Part shown: positions 45,711 through 60,104 of the stretch, in pieces
Layout of the letters: each line of letters begins with the position of its first letter
Numbering within the stretch: position 1 is the stretch's first letter
Origin: the human T2T-CHM13v2.0 reference genome, Homo sapiens
Reading direction: 5' to 3' (one strand)
Assembly: GCF_009914755.1 (NCBI RefSeq)
Contig: NC_060938.1
DNA: 64,000 bases
Made by a program: the position numbers and the translations under genes
Notes under the pieces: generated by a model
Database searches by the model: none
Told to the model about the DNA's origin: nothing
The model's input: the letters and a program-made list of their open reading frames with translations, nothing else

Positions 45711-48064
45711 TGTAATGATGTTACATTTGATGGTTTAAACTGTCCTGTGGGAAGGGAATCCAAGAAGATAATCCCATGTTTCTGCTTCTTGTGATGTTTG
45801 CAAATCTGTGTTCTGGAGTAAGTCTTTGAGTTGACTCTTGGAGCTTCTGAAACGTCTATTGGATATACTATAACCAAAGATAAATAAATAAATAAAAAGA
45901 TCAGGGTTCCTGAACGTTTTCATCTTTACATTGATTGCAATGATTACAAGTGATCATTTCATCACTTGGAGCATTATTACCTCTATGGGGCTTTACATGA
46001 TACTGACTTTGTCAATAAAAGGACATATTAGGAGCAGGATTTCTGTTTGGGCCAGAACAAGGGGACATACCCTATTTTTAAAATTCCCCAGTTTAGGAAT
46101 TGAAGTGACTGCATACTAAAGTTGGCCAAATTTCATGTGGCTATGGAATGAGAATATATGAAAAGTTGGTTGTAAAAACAATTAAGAGGATTGGGGCAGA
46201 CTATTTTATGGATCCCTTCCTCCTTAGCTTCTGAAATGAACTAACATTGATTCTACAACCACTTATTAAATACCTACTTTTTGCCATGGCTGATGCTAAG
46301 TGTTGAGGCTAGAAATGCATATGAATTATATTTTAATAAGCACAGAATAAAGAAAACTTGTCTTCCTAATTTTTACTTTAAAAGACTTTTATCTCATTGT
46401 TTAAGTGCCATAATTGTACAAAGCATGCTGTTCTGAGTTCAGTGTTTCTTGGCTCATTCTCAGTCAATACTCTGCATAGCATCTTTGAATTCCTTACTCA
46501 TCAAAGGGTAATGAGTTAATTTGTGTACTCTACCTCTGCCACCTTTTGAGCTGTGTTGTTGACCATTCCCTATACATTTGCATCTCTGTCTGCCAGAAGA
46601 TGTACCAGGAAAATAAAAGCAGCAGAAAATCTTATAACTTCCCACCTAGACATCAGTCACCATCAGAGTTTGGTCTGGAAACAGAAAAGTTTATTTAAAA
46701 CAAAATTGGTACTCTGTGAATATTTCAACCATTTGTTCCATTTAATCCCCATTAGTGAATTTGCTTAGATTAATTTTTTTGTGGATTCCATTTCCAAGAA
46801 TGAAAGCAAAATAATTACATCAAAAGGCCACTGAAATCAGCCAAATTCTCTGGCAGGAAACTTATTCTATTCAGTCACATTCAAACTATCAGGTATGAAA
46901 AATACCTTTCACCACTGGATAATACAACAATGGAGTTGGAAAATCAATCGTGTGGTAAATAAGCAAAAACTACGTGCAAACAGAGGAAAGAAGAGTTGTT
47001 CTGAAAATGGTATTTCAATAAAAGTTATAGTGATGACGAGCAGTGTGATGATGTAGGAAGTTCCAAAACTAGGTAGAGGGTATAATCAAAGGTGGGTACA
47101 ATGGAACAAGCCTGGAGGCAAGGACGGGCCAGTCAGGAACAGGTGGGCTTATAGTGAAAGAAAGTGGAGGCTTTAGAAGTAGAGTATTTGATGAATTCTT
47201 CCGTCCATTCTATTTTGGCTTCTATGTCAAGGAGGATGACAGATATTCATTGTGTAGTTTTATAGGAAAGGCGATTGGTAGTGACTTCAATGTTATAAAG
47301 AACTTGGCCAAGTCCATAAAATGTCCATGGTGTATAACAAATCTTTTATGGTGAGTGATCCATGGAATTAGGTACTTAGAAAAGTCAATTGAAACATATT
47401 CACAGAAAGGCAAAGGTTTGATGACCTGGTGCATGGAATGAGACAGAGACACTGAGAAATTTTGATTGTACAAGTTTTTCCTAATATCCCACTTACATCC
47501 TGTAGCGGTGTGGGCCCATTTATTCTTTTTTATGTTTGGTTTCCCTGTCTCATGGTAAAATCATGGACAGATGTTACCCCTCAATTTTCTCTTTTTCAAT
47601 TATTTCTGATCCTTCTCACTTTAATCAGTTTACTTGATAGTCTCTGCGCTAGTGTAATTTCTCCAGCCTTTTGAAAAATGTAGACGCTTGAGCCAGACAA
47701 AAGCACTTCAGCAGGAACATGACTAATCTTGAAGACATAGAGCAGGGCTGATAATGTACGCCAGGAACTGTCAGTTAAGAAATAGTGATACTGCATTGCT
47801 GACTCACAGTCAGCTCATGGGTCACTATGCTGCCCCCATTCTGTTGAGATTTCAGTACACTTTCCGTATATGGAGTTTCTGTGTTGGTACACATCCAGAA
47901 GGTTTCTTGGGCGCATTGACCTTCACATATTGTTTGGTTAATTTACCTAACTTGGTATTAATCAGACAGAAAAGACAAACATGAAGTAAGGAAAGTCGGC
48001 CTTTGCTGTTCTCCCTTGAACTTGGCTTCACTTCTATCCCCACCATTTAGTAAGGAAGAACAGC

Positions 48065-48608
<544 letters not shown>

Positions 48609-51600
48609 TGAGCTTGGGACTACCTCTAACTTTCATTAGAAACACAAATCTTTTTCTAATAAACTTTCTTCTTCTTTTCAATAAAAACATTTCCCACAAG
48701 GTGACTTAAATTCATTCACAATTAGGTATAAATACTGATAAGAGCAGTTAACTTGTTTTAAGAGTCTAATATGTGCTAAGCCTTATGCCAGATGCTTTAC
48801 AAGCATTATCTTAAACCTTGTAACAATTTTGCAAAAATGTTACTCTATTTTATAGAACCAAAACCCAAGACTATGAAAACCTAAATATCATCCTCAGAGT
48901 CATACAGCGAAGCAGAAATTGTATCAGCTAATGAGACTTAGTGCCATTTCTCTCATATTGTGTGAGAAAAATGGCAATGCTCAATAAATGTTGTTCTAAC
49001 TGTTCCAGGTATCAAGCAGTAGAAAAAGAATATGGCAGATCAGGTGGATTTTGCTGTCAGCCCTGGAAACACTCAGCTGGTGGCTACATAATCCATCATC
49101 TCCTGAAGCTTTCATTGTCCACATTTTTTTTCTACCCTTTAGTCATGTGTTTGTAAGGAATAAATTACTAAAATACACCATACCTTTTAAAATATAGAAT
49201 AAAAGCTCACAGAGAGTTAGGGTGACAGAACATATGATTCAACCTTCTGCCTTCTGGCAGACAGTAGGCTATTTCTTTTAGGTGGGTATCTAGGAATAGA
49301 TACTTGCATATAATATTTTTTTTTTGAATCCCAGACTGGTCCTACTAACATTCTTGATTACCACTTATTTAAGTGACCATCAAACCAGTTTTATATCTGA
49401 TATGTTTAATCCAAATAAATGTCTTTTTTTTAAAAACTGTTTAAAAAATGGTATTTAAATCCTTCCCAGATTTTAGCTGTGTATAGTCTGGAAGGAAACC
49501 CATTCACATGGTTTTATCAGGTTTGATATTTAATAGATCAAATTAGTAAAACAGGGCCCTCACTTCACAGGCACGGTGAATTCTTTGTTGATAAGATCTA
49601 TCAATGATCAGTATGGATCATTGGATGGCAGTGAACGTATACGTTTGTGGGGAAAATTCTTATGCACCTTCATAGTAATGGTACTGCCCATTTTATTTGA
49701 GGATAATTAAAACACAAAATACCCAACGATGCTGTTTTTATTGTAGGTATATGTTAATTCCTCTAGAGATAGACAAGACTCTAAATTCATGGAACTTTAA
49801 GTGGGATGTTCCACAAAGGAAACTCTTTAAAATAATATAGAAAAATAAATAAGTAAATGTCAACCAAAATGGCAGAACATTTAAAATCAGTCTGCCAAAT
49901 ATCTTTTCTCACTTTACTTCATTTGTTGAACAATTTATATGCTGATATAGATGGCCATTTTAGCAGTGTATACAAAGCATTTATATCCACACATGTACAT
50001 TTAATCAAACCTACATGTCTACATACACATACTTAAGACACACATAGAGAGAGAGTGTGTGAGAGAGAATCAACTCATCATAATTGTAAAGGTGAAGAAA
50101 ATTGATTCCTTAAGATTAAAACACACCATATTAAACTTGGAGTTTATATTTTGAAAATAAGATTCAGGAAGTCTTCTAAAGCATTCGAAGATTGATTAGA
50201 AAGATAAATTTCGGCACACAGGGTCTCTGTTCTTGTAACTTTCCCTGTGGTAGCTTATCCCTCTGTATAATACATTTTGTCATCATTCTTTCTTTCCTCC
50301 CTGATACAATAAAAATAATTTCCAAGGTTAGATTCTATCTTGCAAGAGCTTTTCCCCAAGGAGGTGCATGCATCTTCTTAATTTATTATATTATATAATA
50401 ATTCCTCATAGGAAAACTAAAGGCAAATTAAAACCACATGGAGATAATGCCTGACTGTGCTTTAGACTGTTGTCTACCACTGGCTCTTTAGAAAAAGATC
50501 AGAGATACCCCTCTCTTGATTGTCCATTTTCTTGATCATGCAATGTGGTATTTTAAGTTCTATGCTGGCTTTGATGCTTTTGTTAGTCAAGGTGCATGTG
50601 TGAATGTGTGAATTGGATATGTGAATGATTTTAATATTAGCTTAAATAAAACATTACTGGGAAGACAAATTTTCTGAAATTCCCATTTTCCTCTTCCACT
50701 TCCCCTACCCCCAAAGAAACTTGACATATTCGTTTCAAAGCATACACTGCTTTTTTACTATTTTTATTTTTATCGTGCATATCACAACCCCTTCATTAGT
50801 AGACATCATTGAGCATTAACTGTGACTTAATTCTAGAAAAAAATATTTTTGAGATACCCATTAAGATATCACCCCTGACAAATATAAAAAGAGACCTTGA
50901 GTTTACTTCATTTTAAATAAATAGACTGTCTTCATTTCCTAACTCTGTGAATCTGACGCTTCTTATCAACACCCCAAATTACTGTCAACAAATTCAAAAC
51001 CATCTACTGATGAATGAGATGTTTAGGTCCAATTCTGATATGCCATGCTCATTCTCATACAGAGAAATACCTACACTCTTTTAAATATAGTTGTTATTGC
51101 TGTGACTTGCACCTACTAAACAAATGTAAAAATTCTTACAGTTCAAGAAATACCAGTGAAGTGTATATTATTGCCCTCATTACACAAAATGCTCATGGAA
51201 AACACTCTATCAATTCCAATTATGTTCTGGGGGGAAAAAAAAGGAAACTGAATAAAAAGCAATCCCAGAATATTTGACTGGGCTGGTTGGTTATAGCTGC
51301 TGAACAATATGTAATTGTAAGAAGTGTGGCAAAATGATAAAAATAAACTCAGTATTTGTTAAAGAAATGAAAACGTGGCAATAAAAGATTCCGGAAAGCG
51401 ATTTAGTTTTTTGCATTACTTCTTCATTACTTGATTATTTTACTGTTTCATTTCTATTTACCTACCAAGTTGATTCTTTTGCATCTGGATTTTGCACAAT
51501 TCTTTCAATAATATACGGTTCAGTGGCTATAATTACAGGATTGTTAAAGTTCACATTTTACTATTCATCTTGTTATCTCTGGTAATGGAAGGTTGGAATA

Positions 51601-52120
51601 AATGCACATAATTACATGGTTGGTCTTAAATTATTTTTATATTGCTCTTGCCAGGATATACTCGAAAAGCAGTATTTATTCTCTAATATTTATTTTTGGT
51701 GGTAGTGGTTTTAGCAAAATAAAAGTAATAAATACATAAATGGACTGGTCCCACGAGCTTACTATCTATGGTTTTTTTCAAGTTAATTCTAACCCATTCA
51801 TCTCTCTGAGCCTGCTAGGGGCAGGAGGTGCTTAGAGTCTATGGAAGAAAAACGTCATGTTTCAGAGCTCTGGTAACAGGAAAATGTCCCTCATGAGGTA
51901 CTCATCATTTGATCTATTATTTTATCTATTTGTAGCAGAGTAACTCAGTAACCTACAGATCTGTGGACCAACTTACTAAATAAGGTGTCAAATAAGTTTG
52001 ATTTCATTCTAAAGCAATGCCATGTCATGAAAGTAAAGTGAATTTTTTTGTTTGTATTATACTGGAAATAGTCTCATTGTACTATATGGCACTCAAAACA
52101 TTTTATAAAAATCTTAGCAC

Positions 52121-52865
52121 TATCAACTAAAAATTAACTCATAAGCTCCCGTAATTAACTGAACAGATGACTCCCTGTTGGCCAAAGGGACCCCAGAAAA
52201 GACTGAAGAACTGAGTTCGTGGCCATTGATGGAAGCGAGGTCAGAAACGCCTCATTACATGCCCTTTATGTTAGAGTTTAGGCACAACTGACCAGCATTA
52301 ACATTAAAATAGAGATCATAAGATTAACGAAAGGGACTCATTGTGACACTAAAATACCACATTCTAAATAAGACCTAAGGCCATGCAAAGCAAGGGTTAA
52401 GGCATGCTCTGCAAACCGTAAAATCTTTTTTTAAAAAATTAATCCTGCATAATGTGGCTTACTTTCCAATCTGACTCTGGTATACCCTCACATGGCAGAT
52501 AGCAGACCCCTTATCTTGACTTAAGCATCCCTTTGTATTGACCTCAAGTCTTTAGACAAAGCTTAACTCTTTCAATCAATTGCCAACTAAAGTGTCTCTA
52601 AAACTCACCCATGACTTGTAAGCCCATGCTTCAAGATGTCCCACCTTTTCAGGCCAAACCAATGTATACTTTTCATGTACTGATTTATAATTTTACCTAC
52701 AATTCCTATCTCCCCAAAATGTATAAAACCAAGCTGTAACCTGATTACTTTGGTACCAATTATGCAAGACTTCTTGGGTTTGCGTTTTCTTGGGCTGCAC
52801 CATTCATATTGGCTCAGAATAAACCTCTTTAAAACATTTTACAGAGGCTGATTTTTCCATGAACA
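52121..52865 (+). mobile_element. MER39-like ERV1 solo LTR
   Basis: aactaaaaat...ttggccaaagggaccccaga start; ggctcagaataaacctctttaaaacattttacagag...aaca end; near 4-bp TSD gcac/gcag. Confidence 0.75.
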
Positions 52866-53179
52866 GCAGCATCCAAAAAATCCACAGGATACATGTATCA
52901 AGTATTTATTAAGTACCTACGATATGCCAGGCATTGGGCTATATATGAAAAACAGTGTTATCAGACATCCACCTAGTGCTCCTGATTAAAAAATGGATGT
53001 GAGCTCATTTTACCTTTACGGAGGTCCAGAGATTTAAATTACTTGACTAGTCCCTCAGCGAGTCAGGAGAAGAGGGGTTAAAACCTGATTCCTCCAGTTA
53101 TATAGTCATTTAATGTTCTTGGACTTACCAGTACTTTTGAGTTTTTGTGTTTTTTTTTTTTTTTTTCCTTAAACACAAA

Positions 53180-53560
53180 ACTACACCCCCGCCTCCAGCT
53201 CCCACCCCCTCCCACACATATACCCTTTTTTCATAGAACAAAATTTGGAATAAATGGCCTTTAAATGAATGCATTGTTTTGACTCTGCAGGGAAATGACA
53301 TAGAGAAAATAAGGAATGGATCGTACATGCTCATGCACTGTCTGGGGCACTCCTGCTGAAGTCTCAGGAGTGTCTTTGGTTTGTTGTCTGAGACCTGAGA
53401 GTTAAAAAGCAGAGTGCCTTTTGGAGGAACACGTGTCTCTTTCCGCAGCGGGACGTGCACTTGATACACATCAGTGGGCATGCCATCAGTGCCTCGCAGC
53501 TCATCTTTCTCTTTAGGGTGGCTGTGTTGTTCTTCCGATGACTGGCTTGCCCTGGAGAAA
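53180..53560. promoter_or_regulatory. Candidate enhancer or minor promoter-like patch
   Basis: GC-box ccccgcc, CACCC boxes, palindromic E-box acacgtgt (core 53430-53435), RCGTG at 53453-53457, local CpG retention in non-repeat-looking DNA. Confidence 0.35.
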
Positions 53561-53831
53561 AATACTGCTTAAATATTAAGATTAGATTAGTTTTCACACA
53601 GCCCCATTTTAACCACTAAATTTAAATCCCTCAGCAATCTACTTCCCAACCTTCCCTAGGCATAATATTCAGTTTAATAAATGGTTTGTATGCCATTATT
53701 TCTCATCAATATATAAAAACTAAAAGGAATTTTAAAAATCCATACATCTTGGTTGAGATGAAATTTGACTTGATGAGAAGAGATTATTCTTAGAAATGTT
53801 TCTAATTCCCAATCAAGGCATTCTATTTCAA

Positions 53832-53918
53832 AATGTAGGAGCATGGTTGAAAGAATAAATCTTTAGAAAATAATGTATGAGCATGGTTGAAAGAAGAAAT
53901 CTTTAGAAAGTAATGTAT
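53832..53918. repeat. 40-bp tandem duplication
   Basis: gagcatggttgaaagaa(t/g)aaatctttagaaa(a/g)taatgtat twice. Confidence 0.93.
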
Positions 53919-54119
53919 ATAATAATATACATATATGTATATATACTTATATATAAGTGTATATGTAAGTAATATATATCTCACAAATATTGTTTTAGTC
54001 ATCATCATCATCATATACACGTGAATATATGTACATATATGTATTATATATGGTATATGGTATATATGTGTATATATGCAAGATATATATGAGTATATAT
54101 ACATGTGGGTGTGTGTGTG

Positions 54120-54167
<48 letters not shown>

Positions 54168-54172
54168 CATAT
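53915..54172. repeat. TA-rich low-complexity tract with perfect (TA)n at ~54125-54161
   Basis: tatatata runs. Confidence 0.92.
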
Positions 54173-55353
54173 GACTCCAAAAACAATTCCTCTACAAATT
54201 GTGTGTCACTTCCTTGACCCATTACCTCCCCAATGTATATATCATGTGAATATCAAACAATTGAATGTTTTGTTGGTACAATTGGATTCACTCACACGGA
54301 AACGTGGAGTCTATTTCTTCCTTCAAATCCTCATCCTCCAATTAATTAGCTGAAAAACTGACTGCATCTCTGATTCTCTAAGAAGCATGGAAGAGAAAGA
54401 AATGGGAAACCAGCTAGCAGCTCATTACATGAATTCAAACAGTTCCCTTTGAAGGGAAACTTTTTCCTGGCATAGATGATGTCATTGATGAGATTGCAAG
54501 GGTAGGCATTGTATAAAGATGAGATCCTTTTTAATTCTGTTTTCAAAACTATAAAGCTAAAATTTTTAGAATTGAAATTTCAGTTAACATGACCCATGTA
54601 TTAGATAAAATGTCTCTTTAAAGCCTGGGAGCTCTCCAAGGTGTGGTGTGTTTCCTATTTGCTAGGTACATGATTACGATGCATATGGATAGATGTTTCT
54701 GAAGTGTTTCCTTCTAAGTGCACTATTGCCAGTCAGATTTACACCCAAGTAGCAAAGATGTTAATGCCATGCAATCCTATTAATCTAACATGTTGCTTTT
54801 GTGGATTAGAACTACTCAGACTCTACCTTTTAGTTGTAGTTATTTTAAATCTTTAATACTGAGCTATCAAATTTTCTTTTATGATACAAAGCTACTAAGT
54901 AGAAGATACTTGAATATTCCATTGGCTGACTGATGTGTTTATTAGGCACTTACTCTGTGCCCAACACAATGATAAACATTCTCAGCAATATCTTGAAAGT
55001 TTAACACAGGATTCCTGGCTTCCAGAAATATGATGTTTACTTAAGAAGAGATAGGAACATATGTGAAAAAGTTAAGCTTCATGTAGTATCTTAAGATGCT
55101 AAGTTTAGTATTCTGGTGGTGGAGTTTCTTATCAACAATGTTTCACAGAAGATATTGAGCTCAGCTTTTCATTATCAAAGCAATTGCATGAAGAAGAAAT
55201 TTGAGAAAGTACAACCCCTGGTAATGATTGGAGCCTCTGAAACTTTTGTAATGTCAATATCCATAGCATGACTATTTTTTATTTCCGGTACTGATGTGGC
55301 AGAAGTTGTGGAGTAGTGTTTTTGAGTTATCCGCTGTTTAGGATCCTGTATTA

Positions 55354-55668
<315 letters not shown>

Positions 55669-56449
55669 TCAGTAGTGCAGTTATCCTTCTGTAGGTTTGT
55701 ATTGGTGTTCAGCAAGTATCTGGTAAATTAATGAATTAACAAGAGAATAGTTTCTATGAAGCAGAAATGCATAGCAAAGAAGTGGGGTGTTGAAAGGAAC
55801 AGCTGGGATATCAGTTATACAGGTTGAAATGTGGCATTGGTACAATGACATATTAGTTATACTCTTACAAGTTGTCCTTGAGTGGGTGCTTGATAGAAGT
55901 TGGCTTGCAAACCAAAAAAGGTTAAACACTTGTCATGGCCTCAGGCTAATGACCCCTTCTAATATGCAATTCTGTTTTTCTCATTCTGAGAGCAAACCAG
56001 ATGCCCCATGATGTGCCCACTGTTCTTTTGCTAATGTGTTCATCCTCAGTGCCTTCATTACCAGTTTCTTTCATTTGACATGCAAAGATCTTTTTTCTTG
56101 GCTCATCCCAGAGAAGTGGCCGGGCAAGTGTTCTCCTGAGAAAATGTTGATGACTCTGGCACACAGACCACATACAATTTGCTGCTTCCTCACATTCACA
56201 CTGAAGTTGGCTAAGGTGCCCAGAGAGAAACCCTGAGCCCTGACTGCATCCAAAACCAGTCATTAGGGATGACCACCGTGGGATCCCTCCTACTGGGTGC
56301 CTGGTTAAAACTGAGTGTCAGAGAAGAGACTGGTGGCTTTGTCATTGACTTTCTTGTTCAGATGTAAGAGCATCATCACTGGGAGAAGGAAATGTGAATT
56401 GTGAAAATAAATAATGCAGATAGAAGAGTCGGAAGTACAGAGGAGTGTT

Positions 56450-56670
56450 CCTAGAGTGCTTTATATGGAGCTCTATTATGGTGCATACCATGGTGTGTTG
56501 TTAAGTTAGTTTACGTGTCAGTTTCCCCTTTACACTGTGAAATTTAGCAAAGCAGAGACTATGTCTGATTCATCTTTATTCCAAGTACCTCACAAAGGTA
56601 ATGCTAGCGTTGACCTTAATAAGCATTTAATCATGTTTATTCATTTATTTTTTGAATGAATGGATAATGA
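56450..56670 (+). mobile_element. L2 3' fossil
   Basis: gcagagactatgtctgattcatcttt ... ttgaatgaatgg. Confidence 0.55.
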
Positions 56671-57197
56671 TTAAAATTGAGGTTTTTATCTCTTGATTAT
56701 GGAGCTTAACTCATTGTGAGCCCATTGACATCCTGAAATACTTGCTGAATGAGAGAATAAATGAACAGATTTAAAAAAAAAAAAAACCCTGAAGAGCTAA
56801 GCTTAAGCCACTATTTAGGCTTTGAAGTTGATCCATGTGGTCTTTTGTTTTGGATTGATTGTAGGGACTAAAGAAGTACTTCATACGTTGTGTTATCTTT
56901 CTGCTCAGGTCACTGTGGGCGATAGATAGCCTTTACTTCTCCGCTTTCTCAATTTTCAGCCACTGGTATTCAACTGCAGGCCTTCTTTAAAAATGTACCT
57001 CTTTCTTTCAAAATTTTCTGAAAAGCTAGAATTTTTTTGTTTTTTGTTTTTTCCAGGAAAAAATTTTAACTTACTGGAGACCAATTTCTTTTCTTAAACC
57101 TGTCTCTGAGCTGAGTATACTGTATAGTCCCTATAATGATTTTGGTAAATCCTTAAGCATAAGGTGGTCATTGTGTGTGACGGTGTTTTCTGTTTAG

Positions 57198-57288
57198 TGA
57201 AGACAAATGGTGGGATGAGTCTCCTGCTAGGATGTGCAGAAATGTGAGCATTAGTCTCAAGGTACATTCCGTAAAGTGTTGGTGCCAG
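57198..57288 (+). other. Candidate 91-nt spliced exon (unverified)
   Basis: gttttctgtttag acceptor and CAG|gtgagt consensus donor; one frame open. Confidence 0.3.
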
Positions 57289-58042
57289 GTGAGTATTGAG
57301 GTTGATAGCTTCTGTGAGGCCTGGTTTCCTGGGGTTGTGCCCATGTTCATATGACAGCTGCTTCCACAATAACATAGCAGGTGCGTAGCTCAGGATTTGC
57401 CCACTTTCTGCAAGTGGACACTCTCGCTTGTATCTAAAAGGCCTCTCCCATGGTGCCAGAATGCCTCTGACAGCATTTTCAGAGCTGTGACGGCAGGACT
57501 GTAGCTTTATGGTGGGAGCTTCTATCTTTGTAAATGCCACTGATGTCAGCTCTCACCATTAACCATTTTCTTTTGTCAAATGGGAGAGATTCAGGACTCA
57601 TGGAAGTGAGAGACTGGCATGATGAGGCAAACAGGGGGCAGTTTAACTGGCTGTTTGGCCACTTTCCCCCACTCTAATTCTCCTTCTCCTTTCCATAAAA
57701 CATGCTTTCCAATTTCTGCCAATAAAAGCCTTTTTAAAAAAGTACTAGTCTTTCATTTTTTTTTTTGCATACCTTGTTGTTATTCCTTCTGAACCAGTAG
57801 TAACACAATATACGAAGTACATTCTCTTGGGTATAAGGCCAGTGTATAGGTGGGAATCCCATAGACCTAAAAAGAAAAACAATCTAGGATTTCTGGATGT
57901 GCTCTGAAGTGGCACCTTCTAAGCTGCAGTATTTGTTCAACAGTGTTTTTCCAACAAAAAATAGGATGAGTTCACCTGTGAAGCATCCTGAAGGGAAACA
58001 CCGGTGCACTGGGCAGGGAACAGGAGACCTAGATATACTTCT

Positions 58043-58756
58043 TCTTTTTTTTTTTTTTTTTTGGTAGATATATTTATTTATTTATTTATTTTTATTTTAT
58101 TATTATTATACTTTAAGTTTTAGGGTACATGTGCACAGTGTGCAGGTTAGTTACATATGTATACATGTGCCATGCTGGTGTGCTGCACCCATTAACTCGT
58201 CATTTAGCATTAGTTATATCTCCTAATGCTATCCCTCCCCCTTCCCCCCACCCCACAACAGTTCCCAGAGTGTGATGTTCCCCTTCCTGTGTCCATGTGT
58301 TCTCATTGTTCAGTTCCCACCTATGAGTGAGAACATGCGGTGTTCGGTTTTCTGTCCTTGCGATAGTTTACTGAGGATGATGATTTCCAATTTCATCCAT
58401 GTCCCTACAAAGGACATGAACTCATCCTTTTTTATGGCCGCATAGTATTCCATGGTGTATATGTGCCACATTTTCTTAATCCAGTCTATCATTGTTGGAC
58501 ATTTGGGTTGGTTCCAAGTCTTTGGTATTGTGAATAGTGCCGCAATAAACATACGTGTGCATGTGTCTTTATAGCAGTATGATTTATAATCCTTTGGGTA
58601 TATACCCAGTAATGGGATGGCTGGGTCAAATGGTAACAACAGGTGCTGGAGAGGATGTGGAGAAATAGGAACACTTTTACACTGTTGGTGGGACTGTAAA
58701 CTAGTTCAACCATTGTGGAAGTCAGTGTGGCGATTCCTCAGGGATCTAGAACTAGA
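58043..58756 (-). mobile_element. L1PA3-like element, 5'-truncated with twin-priming 5' inversion (inverted piece ~58635-58756 on +)
   Basis: antisense 3' end to ...ctgggtcaaatggta, then sense aacaacaggtgctggagagg...gatctagaactaga; 18-bp TSD agacctagatatacttct at 58025-58042 and 58754-58771. Confidence 0.95.
58310..58634 (-). pseudogene. L1 ORF2p C-terminal remnant
   Basis: PFDPAIPLLGIYPKDYKS...MFSLIGGN matches the L1 ORF2p C-terminus. Confidence 0.9.
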
Positions 58757-58974
58757 CCTAGATATACTTCTAACATAATCTGTGACTGTATGCAGGTCAT
58801 GCTAAGTATGTCAGACTGCCATTTTCTCCTTGAGGCTGGAAGTGTGGGGAGAAGGGGATAATGTAGTTGAGAATCCATTACTGGCCCCACCTTGGACAGA
58901 GAGACAGGCAGGTAAAGGGTACACATGTGCCTGGATGGTGCTGCTACTGGACTCTTGTTTACATTAATGTGTCA

Positions 58975-59282
58975 ACAGTGTGCTCCAAGGTTCTATTAGG
59001 TGTTAACAGGTGTCTCAAGAAAAAAATGTTTCTTAATGAGATCAGTTTGTAAGAATTCTGGGTGAACACGTTAATTAGTTTATTCTTTTAATGCGTTGAA
59101 TGTTTTTTTTTTTTTTGAAAAATAATAGAATCCCTTCAGAATTCTTAATATGATATGGTGTTCTGTATATTTTCAAGAGGAGAGGTATATAGTGTTTCTC
59201 AAATTTATTTGCACATGAAATGCCTGTGGGACATAATATCTCTGAAGGCCGATGTTCCTTGAAAGACTGTGTGAAATATTGA
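58975..59282. mobile_element. hAT-Charlie-like DNA transposon relic (family unassigned)
   Basis: cagtgtgctccaagg start, tagtgtttctcaaatttattt, gtgaaatattg end. Confidence 0.35.
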
Positions 59283-59949
59283 ACTATATGATCTCTGAAA
59301 GTTCTTGAATTCTCCATTATCATCAGAATACCTGGCACTTCCAAGCCCTTGACCTTCGTCTGTGGAGTATTGACTCTAGCTGCCTTCCAGACATTGTCAT
59401 CTATGCTTCTTTTCCTCTGAGGACGATGAACCCCGGCTGTTCTCTCAGTACCCCTGAAAAATGGGAAATTGTATTTTTTTCTTCTTTGTACCCAGGAGTC
59501 TATGTATAATGCATAATTCTCAGTCAAAAGGAACTTGCTTACTTAAGTGCTCAAAGGTTTTTGTCCTGTGGTTTTTGTAAGGTAATCCCACAACATCCAG
59601 ATAAACAAATAATCACAAGACATAACCTTCCAGAGTGTTCCATAACATTGATCACAATCAAATAATGAGGCACGATTCCATGAAACATTAGGAAAATTAT
59701 AAAGGCATCAGGCAGAAAACCAGCAACTAGCAAATGGTTTCTCCATGATGATTTTGGGTTCACATTTCACTTCCATATATAATACAACTTATGTGCCCAT
59801 ATTTCATCCTCTAGAAGCCTGCCACATTATCCTCTGAATGAATATTAACACTCCTTGTACTCTGAAGTAGCCTCTGGTATTCTGGTATTTATTCAACAGG
59901 TTTTGAACAAGATTAGTGGATTATAATTTTGGCTTCACCACATTTTAAA

Positions 59950-60104
59950 CTGTGTGCCTTCTCTGTGCCTCAGTTTTCTCCTCTGCAAAATGGAACAATA
60001 GAATCCTTTTCATTGAGTTATTCTGAGGATTAAATGAGTGAATATAGGTAAAGCACATAGGACATCCCTGGTATATAGCAGTCAATCCCTTGTAAAATGT
60101 TAGC
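59950..60104 (+). mobile_element. MIR interrupted by an LTR
   Basis: ctctgtgcctcagttttctcctctgcaaaatgg...tgaggattaaatgag. Confidence 0.75.

Noticed and set aside
53823-54353. YI/CV-rich ORFs
   Set aside because: Translations of TA/TG low-complexity sequence
57094-57540. 148-aa minus-strand ORF in non-repeat-looking DNA
   Set aside because: Non-ATG start, no domain recognised; ORFs this long can occur by chance in six frames of 64 kb
59075-59527. 150-aa minus-strand ORF
   Set aside because: Non-ATG start, overlaps a DNA-transposon relic and an A run; no homology recognised
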